Translations under genes and position numbers: made by a program | In this document: piece by piece, positions 1 through 10,861 of the stretch | Position numbering within the stretch: the stretch's first letter is position 1 | Layout: the number at the start of each line of letters is the position of its first letter | Notes under the pieces: generated by a model | Told to the model about the DNA's origin: nothing | Database searches by the model: none | Seen by the model: the letters and a program-made list of their open reading frames with translations, nothing else | NCBI GenBank assembly: GCA_019057865.1 | Contig: JAHLWP010000020.1 | Span: forward strand, 1-64,000 | Direction of reading: 5' to 3' | Source of the DNA: Promethearchaeota archaeon | GTDB lineage: Archaea > Asgardarchaeota > Lokiarchaeia > Sigyniarchaeales > SOKP01 | DNA: 64,000 bases

Positions 1-128
1 AAAACCTTATTTAAAATAAATGGATTAAAAAAAATAAAGATTATTAAACAAATAGAAAATTAATTACTCCTCTTTACTTATTTTTGATAAAAGAGCATTA
101 AAAAATTATTTTAAGATATTTATCAATA

Positions 129-244
129 CTATACAGATGAATATACTGCGTTATTAAGTCTGAAAGTACGGGATCCCCCGTGAGTGTCGAGACCATTTTA
201 TTCATCACATAAGCAAAACTCAATTTTGCATCAAGATCCATTAC
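129..244 (-). pseudogene. 3' remnant of a beta-lactamase-family serine hydrolase
   Basis: Reads VMDLDAKLSFAYVMNKMVSTLTGDP, then RTFRLNNAVYSSV* after a 1-nt shift. This resembles the EstB-like C-terminal motif; no 5' part is present. Confidence 0.55.
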
Positions 245-245
245 T

Positions 246-1859
246 TTATGATGAATTTTCTAATTCTTGGCTTTCTTCAAGTTTTTCTTCAATTTTTTTG
301 ATTGCATTTGAGGCATGAATTCTAACAATCCTATGAAAATCATTCACTCGTTTTAATAATGCACTTAACGCAGGTTCCTCACCAAAAGTTTCTAAAAATT
401 TTATCAAACTCAATTTAACTTTAAAATTTTCCGATTCTTTGTTTTTTAAATATTCTGTTAATATCGCAATATCTTTATTAAGCAATCTATTTAATTCATT
501 ATCATTATATTTCACTTTATACCAATTTCTTTGAAAAATATGATAAATAGCATCAGCAGCAACCTTCTTGATTAACCAGTATGCATCAATATCATCTAAT
601 ATTTCTATAAGATTTTCCAATGGTTTAATACTTCCAATTTTTCCAAGAGCAATGATAGCATTTTTCTTAACATCAAAATTTCTTATCTTTAATAAATTAA
701 TTAAAGGTTCTACAGATTCAGCGTTCCCAATTTCTCCTAAAATAATTGGTATATTTTCCTTAAATGCAATATTATCAGAGCTTAAATGTGAATACAAATA
801 GTCATAAGATGCCTTGCTATTGTTTATATAGATTTTTTTAATGGCTTCTATAATAAACCATTTTAAATCTAAGTCTGTATATTCAAAGCTAATATCTTCG
901 ATGTTTAATATATCCAAAAGCTCTGGCACAACAGTCATATTCCCGATTTCCCCTAATGCTACAATTGATGCTATAGTTACTTCACTATAGATATCATCCA
1001 AATTAGATGTCAGGAAATCTACAGCTTCTTTTAATCTTAATTTCCCTGATAAGGTTATCGCATTCTTTTTAACAATAAAATCATCAACTAATAGTAATTT
1101 GATTAAATCATTGTTTACATCTTTTCCTAAGATTTTGAAAATTGTAATAACGCACTCCATTAATTCTGAGTCTTCTTGTTTTAAAATCAGGGTAACAATA
1201 TCTAATATTAATGCTTTATTCTGAACTAATTCATCTACAATTTCTGGATACTTTGCTTTCAGATAACTTAAATCTTCAAAAGATATATTAATGCTTGATA
1301 AATCGTGTCCAATTAGCTTTAAAATCTCAATTTTATGTTCTTCTGAATACTTCTTTTTTCTTAAAGATGTTAATAGCCGATTTATTAACAGTTCTGGAGT
1401 TAGGCTTAATAGTTGATCTTTTACAAATTGTCTAATAGAAGGATATCTACTATCTAACTCATTAATGTATAATTCAATTTCAGGTTCTTCAAATTTGATT
1501 CTTTTAATAGCCTTTAAGGCTGATAATTTAACATTATGATTGACTGGGTCTTGTTCTAATACCCACCTTAATGGCTTCAAGCCTTTTTCAAAATTTATTT
1601 TACCTATAGCTTTTGCTGCTTCACATTTAATTTCAACCCCTTCATCAGTAATTAACAGGTTTTCGAAAATATTAAAACATTCTTTTTTCAATAGTGGAGA
1701 TTCAATACTGATTAAACCTAAATATTTAATTGCTTCTTGTCTTATATTATCGTTTTTATTTGTTTCGATGATTTCTGACAACAGATTCTTGGTGTTGTCT
1801 AATCCTAATTCTTCACGTTTCTTATATATTTCATGAGGTTGAATATTGAGTTTTGACAT
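246..1859 (-). CDS. HEAT/PBS-lyase repeat protein
   Basis: 537-aa ORF with repeated AxxALGxIG...V.PL..LL helices. Confidence 0.85.
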   Translation of the reverse strand: MSKLNIQPHEIYKKREELGLDNTKNLLSEIIETNKNDNIRQEAIKYLGLISIESPLLKKECFNIFENLLITDEGVEIKCEAAKAIGKINFEKGLKPLRWVLEQDPVNHNVKLSALKAIKRIKFEEPEIELYINELDSRYPSIRQFVKDQLLSLTPELLINRLLTSLRKKKYSEEHKIEILKLIGHDLSSINISFEDLSYLKAKYPEIVDELVQNKALILDIVTLILKQEDSELMECVITIFKILGKDVNNDLIKLLLVDDFIVKKNAITLSGKLRLKEAVDFLTSNLDDIYSEVTIASIVALGEIGNMTVVPELLDILNIEDISFEYTDLDLKWFIIEAIKKIYINNSKASYDYLYSHLSSDNIAFKENIPIILGEIGNAESVEPLINLLKIRNFDVKKNAIIALGKIGSIKPLENLIEILDDIDAYWLIKKVAADAIYHIFQRNWYKVKYNDNELNRLLNKDIAILTEYLKNKESENFKVKLSLIKFLETFGEEPALSALLKRVNDFHRIVRIHASNAIKKIEEKLEESQELENSS

Positions 1860-2010
1860 AAAGAAAGTTTAACTTTTTTTTTTAAAAATTCTCTTTAATT
1901 AATTATTATCAAGATAAAACATTCCATTATAAAAATATTTTTTATTAGATTTTAAAGAATTTCTTATTTATATAGTCAACAAAAATGAACTAATGTTTGA
2001 TTAAAATAAA

Positions 2011-2448
2011 TTAAGATTTGCTTGGTTGTTTATTTTCTTTTAGTTTTAATATTATTAAAGCATAAATGTCTGTTATTATTAAAGAACCAGATAAAACAAT
2101 TAATGTGTTTATGAAAAATAAATGTAACTTAAGAAAAATAGTATACATTCCTATTAGGCCTCCTAAATAAAAGAAAAGTATGTCCGTAAAAGAATTAATT
2201 TTAGTATCTCTTCTATGGTCATATTTAAGCTTTATTTCATAGAGTATAAAATTCTCAATCGTTTCCCAAAGTATTGCTGCGAGGAGATTCAGCCCAAAAT
2301 AGGAAGGATTAAAAGAGATTCCAAAAAATAGATAGAATGTGCTATAGTACGCTAAAAAAATTAGATAACCCAAAGTTATATGAATAAAAGTAAAGAAATC
2401 AATAGCAGAAATCCCAACATCTTCCTTACATCTGGCTATTATATTCAT
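2011..2448 (-). CDS. Membrane protein (DUF2585-like)
   Basis: 145 aa, hydrophobic, with DFFTFIH, WETIEN and DTKINSFTD motifs. Confidence 0.6.
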   Translation of the reverse strand: MNIIARCKEDVGISAIDFFTFIHITLGYLIFLAYYSTFYLFFGISFNPSYFGLNLLAAILWETIENFILYEIKLKYDHRRDTKINSFTDILFFYLGGLIGMYTIFLKLHLFFINTLIVLSGSLIITDIYALIILKLKENKQPSKS

Positions 2449-2504
2449 AATTAATATTATATGTAATTTTATCTATATCTATAAAAAAAAGGTTTGAATA
2501 TTAT

Positions 2505-3155
2505 TTATGAAGTAGGAAGTGAAGCCCCCGATGGAAGAGAATAACCATGTACCTCCGCCCCTTGGAGTAAATACCCAAAACCGATAAGAAGACTACTTAA
2601 AAGAAAACCTAGTCCCAAACAGTATCCAAAATTATGGAAGAAGTAGTATCTAAAATTAATATCATGGCTACTAGTTGCGATTGCCCCTCCAGCCATAGTA
2701 ACTATTGTAGTGCATATCAAAGTTAATATACTAATACCTATAGTCCAACCTACTAAAGAGTTATTATATTGGGTTTTTGGAGAGGGCATGTGTGTGTATA
2801 TTAAGTAAATTGCTGGAAAGATGAATATGAGCGCTAAAAATAAGTGTAAAAAAATATAAATTATAGTTACTAAATCCATCCATGGTATAGGATTATCAAT
2901 TAAGATAATACCATGAATCCACATTGGTACCATGAAGATTATTCCATTGATAATTAACATGATTCCTTTATTTCTGTAAGAAAGTCCAGACATAAGAAGT
3001 CCATACCCAATAGGAGGTAAAAAAAGCAGAATGTAAGCCAGAGGGGAAATCATAGCAATATGACCAAGTCCCATAGATAATAAGAGAGCACCAGTCCCTA
3101 CTGCTAAAAAAATAGCACCTAATTTAATTTTTAGATCATCTTTCATATCAATCAC
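2505..3155 (-). CDS. Hypothetical multi-pass membrane protein
   Basis: 216-aa ORF with about 6 hydrophobic segments. Confidence 0.7.
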   Translation of the reverse strand: MIDMKDDLKIKLGAIFLAVGTGALLLSMGLGHIAMISPLAYILLFLPPIGYGLLMSGLSYRNKGIMLIINGIIFMVPMWIHGIILIDNPIPWMDLVTIIYIFLHLFLALIFIFPAIYLIYTHMPSPKTQYNNSLVGWTIGISILTLICTTIVTMAGGAIATSSHDINFRYYFFHNFGYCLGLGFLLSSLLIGFGYLLQGAEVHGYSLPSGASLPTS

Positions 3156-3267
3156 TATTTTTAAAAAGCAAGTGGATTATTCTAAATATGTGTAAAAAAT
3201 ATATTTATAATTTATGGATTAAATCGAAGATGTAAGATTTTCATTAATTTTAAAAAAGATAGATATT

Positions 3268-3984
3268 ATGTCAATTCGCCAGTTTATTAATAAGATTAGA
3301 GCTAAATTTTACAATAAAGTAACAGATTATCATATTGTTAAAACAATTTCTGTAGCAGTAGTAATTGTATTTCTTTCCCTATTATTAATTGAGGTTATTA
3401 TAGCAATACTTTTTGGACCAACGGATTATACAATTTGGACACATATGATTTCAGACCTCGGTGGAAGACGTCATACACCCGTTCCTATTTTATACGACAT
3501 TACATGCGTTATCGGAGGAATTTTTACTATCCCCCTAACTTTTTATATTGAAAATTTAATGGCTCCTTTACCAACCAAAAGAAATATTGGAAACCAACAC
3601 TATTCTCGTCTTAGGTTTAGGTTGAGCAGCAATGCTTTTTTCTTTAGCATCCTTGGAAATCTTGCTTATATTGGTGTTGGTATATGGAGTGAAGATCGTA
3701 ATTATGATTTACTTGATTTTGCTGGCTATCATGATGTATTTTCCTTCTTTTCCTTTGCAGGTTTTGCGCTAGGTGCATTCTTTATAGGATGGATTGTTGT
3801 TTTATATAACACAAAAATAAATAAATTCTTCGGAGTTTATGGTATATTTGGTCCAATTACTATGTTAGCTATATTTTTATTCACCATGGAAGCATTTTGG
3901 GAATGGATGCTACTTTTTTCAATACTCCTCTGGATAATACCATTAGCTTTAACAATATTCTTGAAATCAGAATTAGCGCCTTAA
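3268..3984 (+). CDS. DUF998-like membrane protein
   Basis: YTIWTHMISDLG motif, multiple TM segments and a conserved His. Confidence 0.7.
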   Translation: MSIRQFINKIRAKFYNKVTDYHIVKTISVAVVIVFLSLLLIEVIIAILFGPTDYTIWTHMISDLGGRRHTPVPILYDITCVIGGIFTIPLTFYIENLMAPLPTKRNIGNQHYSRLRFRLSSNAFFFSILGNLAYIGVGIWSEDRNYDLLDFAGYHDVFSFFSFAGFALGAFFIGWIVVLYNTKINKFFGVYGIFGPITMLAIFLFTMEAFWEWMLLFSILLWIIPLALTIFLKSELAP

Positions 3985-4060
3985 TAGCAATATTTTTAAC
4001 TCTTTTTTTTCCTTTTTGTAATTCTACTACTTTAAACTTATATTAAGTATAATATTAGAT

Positions 4061-4083
4061 TAGATATATCTATAACAGATATA
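4061..4083. promoter_or_regulatory. Candidate PadR operator (overlapping palindromes)
   Basis: TAGATATATCTA palindrome and TATATCT-N5-AGATATA just upstream of padR. A related TTAGATA-N6-TATCTAA lies at 6887-6906. Confidence 0.35.
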
Positions 4084-4107
4084 ATATATTCAAAATATTG
4101 ATAATAT

Positions 4108-4677
4108 ATGAGTCAAGAGAAGATAGATAAGATTGCTGATGCGATAGAACAATCAATGAAAAAAGGACATATCAGCACTTTATTATTATTAGCATTAGAA
4201 AAAGGTCCATCTCATGGCTATAATTTGATGCAAGTAATAAGTGATGGAACATATGGTGTTTGGAATCCGACAGCATCTTCCCTATACCCTCATCTTGCTT
4301 CATTGACGGAAAAAGGCTTAATTAAATTTACAGCTGAAATGGATGGGAAAAGAGAAAGAAAAGTTTATGAAATTACACCAAAAGGAAGCAGAACATTGAA
4401 AAAATTAATTGAAAAGCAGCAAAATATGCGTAAATCTCTTCTTTCAATGATACTATCTACAATGGGAATTACAGATGATACAATCCCTAACGAGTTTGAA
4501 GACTTATTTAGACCTGATATAATAGATGACCAAAGTTTAATTGATAAAACCGATGTAGAAAAGCTAAAAATCCTTAACAAACGAAAAGTAGTATTGTCAA
4601 ATATAATTGAGAAATTACAGAACGTTATAAATGATATTGAATTAAGAATAAAAAATTTAGAGAAATCAAGATTATAG
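4108..4677 (+). CDS. PadR-family transcriptional regulator
   Basis: GPSHGYNL...SLYPHL..L...GLI...RKVYEITPKG winged-helix motif. Confidence 0.9.
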   Translation: MSQEKIDKIADAIEQSMKKGHISTLLLLALEKGPSHGYNLMQVISDGTYGVWNPTASSLYPHLASLTEKGLIKFTAEMDGKRERKVYEITPKGSRTLKKLIEKQQNMRKSLLSMILSTMGITDDTIPNEFEDLFRPDIIDDQSLIDKTDVEKLKILNKRKVVLSNIIEKLQNVINDIELRIKNLEKSRL

Positions 4678-4919
4678 ATCATTTGTTCTTCTTAACTAAT
4701 ACCAATTAAAGAAAAATTCTTCTTTATTATATTAAGATATCTTGTTCTTTTCAATAATTTAAATATGGGGAAGTTTATACCTCAAGTCTTTTTATAAATA
4801 ATTAGATTAATAAAAGCAACAACAAATACAAATCATACAATTAAATGTGGATTTATAAAAAGTTTAAATATTTAATTGATTATGATTTACATACAATTCT
4901 ATAAAAAAGGGTTAATTTA

Positions 4920-6797
4920 ATGTTAAATAAAAGAAAACAAAAGTTACCTATTTTTTTAATGACATTTTTAACATCTATAATCTTAGCGATTACTATAAGC
5001 ACAAATTTCTATATTTCAAATGAATTTAATAAAACTAATACTTTTAATGATCCAACTTCTCTAAAAACTGCGGATATATTTTCTGATATTATCATTGATG
5101 ACACTGGAGGTGGCGATTATACTTGGGAAGAATTTAAGGCTAGTGGATATTGCTCTGGATCTGGTACATCTGGAAGTCCGTATTTAGTAGAAGATCATAT
5201 TTTTGACAATGATGGTTTGGGTGACGACTGTTTAGCAATTATTAATTCAAGAAAGTATTTTATTCTCCGAAATTGTACTTTTAGAGATTCAGCTTTATTT
5301 GATGCTGGATTATTTTTAGATAACGTTACAAATGGAGTAATTGATGAGTGTTTTGCGTACGATAATTATATAGGATTTGATTTGGATAATGTCAACGATA
5401 CAGAAATTACTGACAATCATATCTATGAAAATATTGCTGGAATGACCTTAGAAGGTTCTAATTTTAACACCATAGATAATAATAATGTATCAGCAAATAT
5501 AGATATAGGAATATACATCTCAAGCAGTAGTTCTAATACCATTTCCGATAATCTTCTAAACAATAATCAAAACTTTCATGGAATTTGGTTAGTTTCAAAT
5601 AGTAATGAAAATGAGATTTTTGGTAATACAGCTAATTTAAATACCATTGGAATTGCGATTGATGGTCCATGTACTGGCAATACCATTTCAAATAATGAAG
5701 TAATTAATAATACCAATTCGGGAATCCAACTCGATGATGCAGATAATAATATTCTTTCATCAAATATAGCTAATGATAATACTATCTACGGAATTTATTT
5801 ATTAGGGGGAAGTGAAGATAATACCATTTCTAATAATGAAGCAAATGATAATTCTGTAATCGGAATTGGACTTGAAAATTCTCATAAAAATACTCTTTTA
5901 TCAAATACTGCTAATGATAATACGGTTAATGGAATTTATTTAGCATCGGGAAGTCAATATAATACTGTCTTAAAAAACATTTTGAATTATAACGATGTTT
6001 CAGGTATCTATAGTGATTTCTGCTCTAATAATGAATATATCCAAAATAAATTGAATCATAACGGAGTTGGGGGTATCTTATTAGAATCTTGTCAAGATTC
6101 AGTAATCCATGATAATACAGCTTATAATAATTTGGTAAACGGAATCAGTATTAATAATGCAAATAATATAACATGTACCGACAATACAGTTTATGAAAAT
6201 AATCAAAATGGAATATTATTGTCGGATTCAGATGAATGTAAAATAGAAAATAACAATGCGCATCATAACGGTTTCGATGGAATACGAATATATGATAATA
6301 GCCGTTGGAACGTTATAAAATCTAATATCGCTCGATACAACAATTTAAGTGGAATTCATTTACTTACCAATTGTCGCAACAATTTAGTAATGGATAATAC
6401 AGCTAGTTACAATGAAGAACATGGAATCTTGTTAGATTCAAGCGACATTAACACGTTAACTGGTAATACAGCAAGTAATAATGAAATGAATGGAATTCAT
6501 TTATTCTCAAGCGATTCAAATAGTATTTTTTCTAACACAGCAAATAACAATAAGAATGGTACTTTTTTGGACAATTCTAATAACAATATCGTGGCTAATA
6601 ATATATTCCTTGGAAACGACGACTGTTATAATGAAACCGGAAGCACCGGTAATATCTTTTTTGACAATATTTGCACTAGCGCAGGAAAAGGTTTGGCAAT
6701 AGATTTGAGCACAATTCTATTAATTATTTGCATTATAGAAGGTGTAATAATCGCAGCTGCAGCCTCAATGTATTTTATAAAGAAACGTAAATCCTAA
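4920..6797 (+). CDS. NosD/CASH parallel beta-helix surface protein
   Basis: N-terminal signal/TM, GSGTSGSPYLVE motif, many GI.L..S..N.I..N repeats and a C-terminal TM followed by KKRKS. Confidence 0.85.
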   Translation: MLNKRKQKLPIFLMTFLTSIILAITISTNFYISNEFNKTNTFNDPTSLKTADIFSDIIIDDTGGGDYTWEEFKASGYCSGSGTSGSPYLVEDHIFDNDGLGDDCLAIINSRKYFILRNCTFRDSALFDAGLFLDNVTNGVIDECFAYDNYIGFDLDNVNDTEITDNHIYENIAGMTLEGSNFNTIDNNNVSANIDIGIYISSSSSNTISDNLLNNNQNFHGIWLVSNSNENEIFGNTANLNTIGIAIDGPCTGNTISNNEVINNTNSGIQLDDADNNILSSNIANDNTIYGIYLLGGSEDNTISNNEANDNSVIGIGLENSHKNTLLSNTANDNTVNGIYLASGSQYNTVLKNILNYNDVSGIYSDFCSNNEYIQNKLNHNGVGGILLESCQDSVIHDNTAYNNLVNGISINNANNITCTDNTVYENNQNGILLSDSDECKIENNNAHHNGFDGIRIYDNSRWNVIKSNIARYNNLSGIHLLTNCRNNLVMDNTASYNEEHGILLDSSDINTLTGNTASNNEMNGIHLFSSDSNSIFSNTANNNKNGTFLDNSNNNIVANNIFLGNDDCYNETGSTGNIFFDNICTSAGKGLAIDLSTILLIICIIEGVIIAAAASMYFIKKRKS

Positions 6798-6938
6798 ATA
6801 TCTTTTTTTTTATTTTTTTATATTTTTAGTTTGAATCCTTGTTTAATGAGTTTTTACAAAAAATTTATATGTCCAAAAAATATATATTAGATAACGATAT
6901 ATCTAACTTTTATATAAACTTTTCAGGAGGAGACATAT

Positions 6939-8090
6939 TTGAAAGTTCTATTAACAGGTCCATTTGGAAATGTAGGGTTGAGTACTTTAGAAGAATTAAT
7001 TAAAAGAGATTATGATATAAGAGTATTTGATATAAAGAATAAGAAAAATCGAAAAATAGCAAATAGATATAAAGATCAAATTGAGATCATATGGGGAGAT
7101 TTACGTAATTATGAAGATGTTGAGGAAGCTTTGGAAGGTATTGATGTTATCATTCATTTAGCAGCTATTATTCCTCCACTAGCGGATAAACTCCCTGAAT
7201 TAGCAGAAGAAGTAAACATAGGAGGGACAAAAAATATAATTAAAGCTATAAAATCTATAAAAACTCAAAATAACCAATCAAAATTGATCTTTACATCATC
7301 TATAGCAGTTTATGGAGATCGAAGGGAAAATCCTATGATCAAACTTACAGATCCTCTTAATCCAAGCAAGGGTGACTATTATGCGGTTACTAAAATAAAA
7401 ACAGAAAAGAATATCCGAGAATCGGGTATTGATTTCGCGATTTTTCGATTAACTTACATCACTTCTGTAAATAAACTTGAAATGGATCCTTTGATGTTTC
7501 ATATGCCTTTGGATACTTGTATAGAAATTTGTGGTACAAAGGATGTTGGGTTAGCTCTGGTTAATGCGATCGAATGTAATGAATTATAGGGTGGTACTTT
7601 CCATATAGCGGGAGGGGAACAATGTAGAACTACATATAGAGAATACATAAATGATATGATGGAAATTTTTGGTTTAGGAAGAAACTTTTTACCTGAACAA
7701 GCATATGAAAAGAAAGATTTTCATTGTGGATATATGGATACAGAAAAGTCTCAAAATCTTTTAAAATACCAAAGGCACACTCTAGAAGATTATTATAAAA
7801 AAGTAAGAAAAAAAGTTGGGACAAAGAGATTTTTTATGCCAATGGTTAAATGGGCAGTCCGTTTAAATCTTTTGAAACGTTCTGAAGCCTATAGAAGAAA
7901 TAAATTCTTTAGAAAAAAGATAGGCGCCTTTACCATCTCTGAGAATAAATTGATAAGAAAGATCCTTTACAACAATTTTAACAAGATTGATATGCTTGAA
8001 CAAAGAGTATATGAGTTAGAAAAAGTCATACAATTTTTAACTGAAAAAGATGAATATTTAGACTTATTTGATCAAAAGGAGCAATATTAA
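6939..8090 (+). pseudogene. NAD-dependent epimerase/dehydratase interrupted by an in-frame TAG
   Basis: TGPFGNVG and YAVTK motifs. ORFs 6939-7589 and 7656-8090 are in one frame, joined by EL*GGTFHIAGG (TAG at 7587-7589). Confidence 0.75.
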
Positions 8091-8347
8091 AGGTTTTATT
8101 TAGATAAATCTTTTAAATGAATCTTTAATTTCTTATTTTTTAAAAAATTTTTTTTATTCCTTTTAATTTTCTAAATTAAAATTTTCTGTATGGTATATTT
8201 CAATTAAAAATATTTAACTGGATAATGGATTTCCCTTATCTTGATAAATGAATAAATTTAAAAATTTAAATACCATAAAGATTGTAATAGTTAAAAATAG
8301 AAATTATTGAGTTTAAAAGAGCAATTGAGGTGAAAGGGGAAAGAAGA

Positions 8348-10288
8348 ATGAAAGATGAGAAAAATCATCGCATAGGTTTTTATTCTTGCAGGTGAGGGAT
8401 TAATATTCATGGTAAAGTGGATTGCGATAAACTAGTAGAATTTGCTAAAGAGATGGACGATGTAATTATTTCAAAGAGCCATGCCTTTTTGTGTACTGAA
8501 AGTGGCCAGAATGAAATTATAGAGGATATTAAAGAAAAAGGATTAACCAGTATAGTTGTTTCTGCTTGAACACCACGAACTCACGAACCAATTTACCGAA
8601 GTTCAATTGCAAAAACAGATCTAAATCCATACTACTTTCAAATGGTTAATGTAAGGGAACATTGCTCATGGTGCACTGAAAGTAATGAAGATGCATTAGA
8701 AAAAGCAAAAATATTAGTAAAGAGTGGAATCGAGAGAGCTAAAACATTAGAAGTGGTACCTATTAAAACAGTTCCAGTAGAAAAAGCCACTTTGGTAGTT
8801 GGAGGAGGAATTGCGGGAATGAATGCAGCTTTAGATCTTGCAAATGCAGGAATAAAAGTTTATTTAGTTGAGAGTAAAACGACAATTGGCGGAAGAATGG
8901 CTCAATTAGATAGAACATTTCCTACAGATGATTGTGCTATATGAATTTGCGGTCCAAAAATGCTAGAAGTCAATAGAAATGAAAATATTGAAATTCTTAG
9001 CTATGCTGAAGTAAAAAATGTAGAAGGCTATGTCGGAAACTATGAAGTAACTGTAGAAATGAAGCCACATTTCGTTACAAATGACTGCAATGGCTGTGGA
9101 GCGTGTTCAGAAGTATGTCCTGTTTACATATCTAACTATTTTGATGAGAATCTTGGAGCTCGTAAAGCTATTGATATTGCTTTTGGTCAAGCTGTACCAT
9201 TCTTATATGATATACAAAGAGATAGTTGCGTGGAATGCTTTAGTTGTGTGGAAGCCTGTGAACTAGACGCTATAGATTTTAGTCAAGTGCCAGAAGAAGT
9301 GAAATTCAAAGTGGGTACTATAATTGTTGCCACGGGGTGGGATATCTATGAGCCCTATGGAGAATATGGCTATGGTGAATTCGATAACGTAATTACACAA
9401 GCCCAATTAGAACGAATGCTGGCACCTAACGGACCATTAGAAGGCCATGTAAGGAGAGTTTCAGATAATAAAAAGCCAAAAGAAATCATATTTATTCAAT
9501 GTGTTGGAAGTAGAGATACTGAAAGAACCTATTGTAGTGGTGTCTGTTGCATGTTGGCACTTAAAAATGGAAAGCTTCTTAAAGAAGAATTTCCAAACGC
9601 AAATATTACTATTTGTTATATAGATATGCGAACTAACGAAAAAGGTTTTGAAGAGTATTATCAACGCTCGAAAGACTCCGATATTCGTATGATTCGTGGT
9701 AAGGTTGGCGAAGTAACTGAAGATCCTGAAACAAAAGATGTAAAAATACGCGTTTACTCCTCTTTAACGGATGAAGTTATTAAAATTGATGCTGATTTAG
9801 TTGTATTGTCTAGTGCTGCATTGCCTTCAAAAGGGACAGAGCAAATCGCTAAAGTACTGAATTTGGATGTAGATCGAAATGGATTTCTAACTGAGAGCCA
9901 TTTTGGACTTATGCCACAAGAAACAAAGACAAAGGGTATATTTATTGCTGGATTTGCTCAAGGACCGAAAGATATAGCATATTCAGTCTCACAAGCTAGA
10001 GCAGCTGCAAGTAAAGTTGCAGAGTTAACAGCTCCAGGAAAAGTTGATATTGAATTAATAACTGCGGAAATAGATAAAGAGTATTGTATCTCTTGTAGAA
10101 GATGTGAAAAAGAATGTCCTAAGGGTGCTATTAAAATTGATGATACCGAAGGAGCTATTGTGGATGAAATAAATTGTGATGGATGTGGTATATGTGCTAC
10201 TTGCTGTCCTACGCAGGCTATTGATATACGATATTATAGAGATCATCAATTGTATGCTGAAATTCAGGGAATACTAGGAGGTGATTAA
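8348..10288 (+). CDS. hdrA: Heterodisulfide reductase subunit A-like selenoprotein (646 aa, 3 Sec)
   Basis: Single frame from ATG 8348 with TGA at 8393 (CRUGIN), 8567 (SAUTPRTHE) and 8942 (DCAIUICGPKM). Each aligns to a Cys of the paralog at 14766 (CHCGIN, ASCTPRTHE, DCSLCILAPKM). FAD GGGIAG and ferredoxin motifs are present. Confidence 0.93.
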
Positions 10289-10292
10289 ACAG

Positions 10293-10736
10293 GTGGATAA
10301 TAATTTAAGTATAATAATGTTTGCTTGTTTAAAATGAGGATATGGTGCTGCTGATCTAGCGGGTGTGTCACGTTTTAAATACACACCTTCGGTTAAAATT
10401 ATAAAAGTACGTTGCACTGGTCGAGTTGATGTTAAACATATCTTATATGCTATTAAATCTGGAGCTGATGGTGTTATGGTGGTTGGATGACGACCAGATG
10501 AATGTCAATATAAGAGTGGAAATTTTAAAGCTCAGACTCATGTTGATTTAGCAAATAGAATCTTAGATCGAAGAGGCTTTGGAAATCAAAGAGTCAATCA
10601 ATACTGGTTAAGTAGTGCTGAATCTGAAAAATTAGTGAAGAGTGTGAAAGATACTCTTGAGAAAATAAGAAATATTGGACCCAATCCACTAAATTTACAA
10701 GAAATAAAAGGAGTAAAAAAAGGAAAAATCCATTAA
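10293..10736 (+). CDS. mvhD: MvhD/VhuD [2Fe-2S] subunit, selenoprotein (147 aa, 2 Sec)
   Basis: Absent from the ORF track. GTG start after a GGAGGTGA SD. FACLKUGYGAADLAG (TGA 10335) and VVGURPDEC (TGA 10488) match FCCNWCSYAGADLAG and TGCHIGDC of the Cys paralog at 17881. Confidence 0.92.
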
Positions 10737-10738
10737 CT

Positions 10739-10806
10739 ACTCCCGTAGAATGATTCTTATAAAAAAATTATTGTTATAAGATAACTATCCATGCGATGGA
10801 GGGAGT
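10739..10806 (+). promoter_or_regulatory. SECIS-like element (eukaryote-type architecture) in the 3' UTR
   Basis: Directly after the mvhD stop. Basal ACUCCC/GGGAGU, AUGA at 10750, 8-bp stem UCUUAUAA/UUAUAAGA, and an apical loop starting with an A-run. Confidence 0.75.
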
Positions 10807-10861
10807 TTTAAAATATTTATAAAAATGTTTTTAAAGAAATTATTATAAAATTGAAGGAAAT

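Noticed and set aside
4920-6797. CRISPR or DNA tandem array
   Set aside because: The periodicity is protein-level beta-helix repeats. No repeat-spacer array was seen anywhere in the window.
8642-8944. Separate 100-aa and 442-aa ORFs, or an hdrA pseudogene
   Set aside because: All interruptions are in-frame TGA at conserved Cys positions and a SECIS-like element lies downstream, so this is one selenoprotein.
8348-10736. Genome-wide UGA reassignment (genetic code 4 or 25)
   Set aside because: TGA ends other genes normally (for example the ORFs ending at 38291, 50556 and 59239), and Trp is encoded by TGG.
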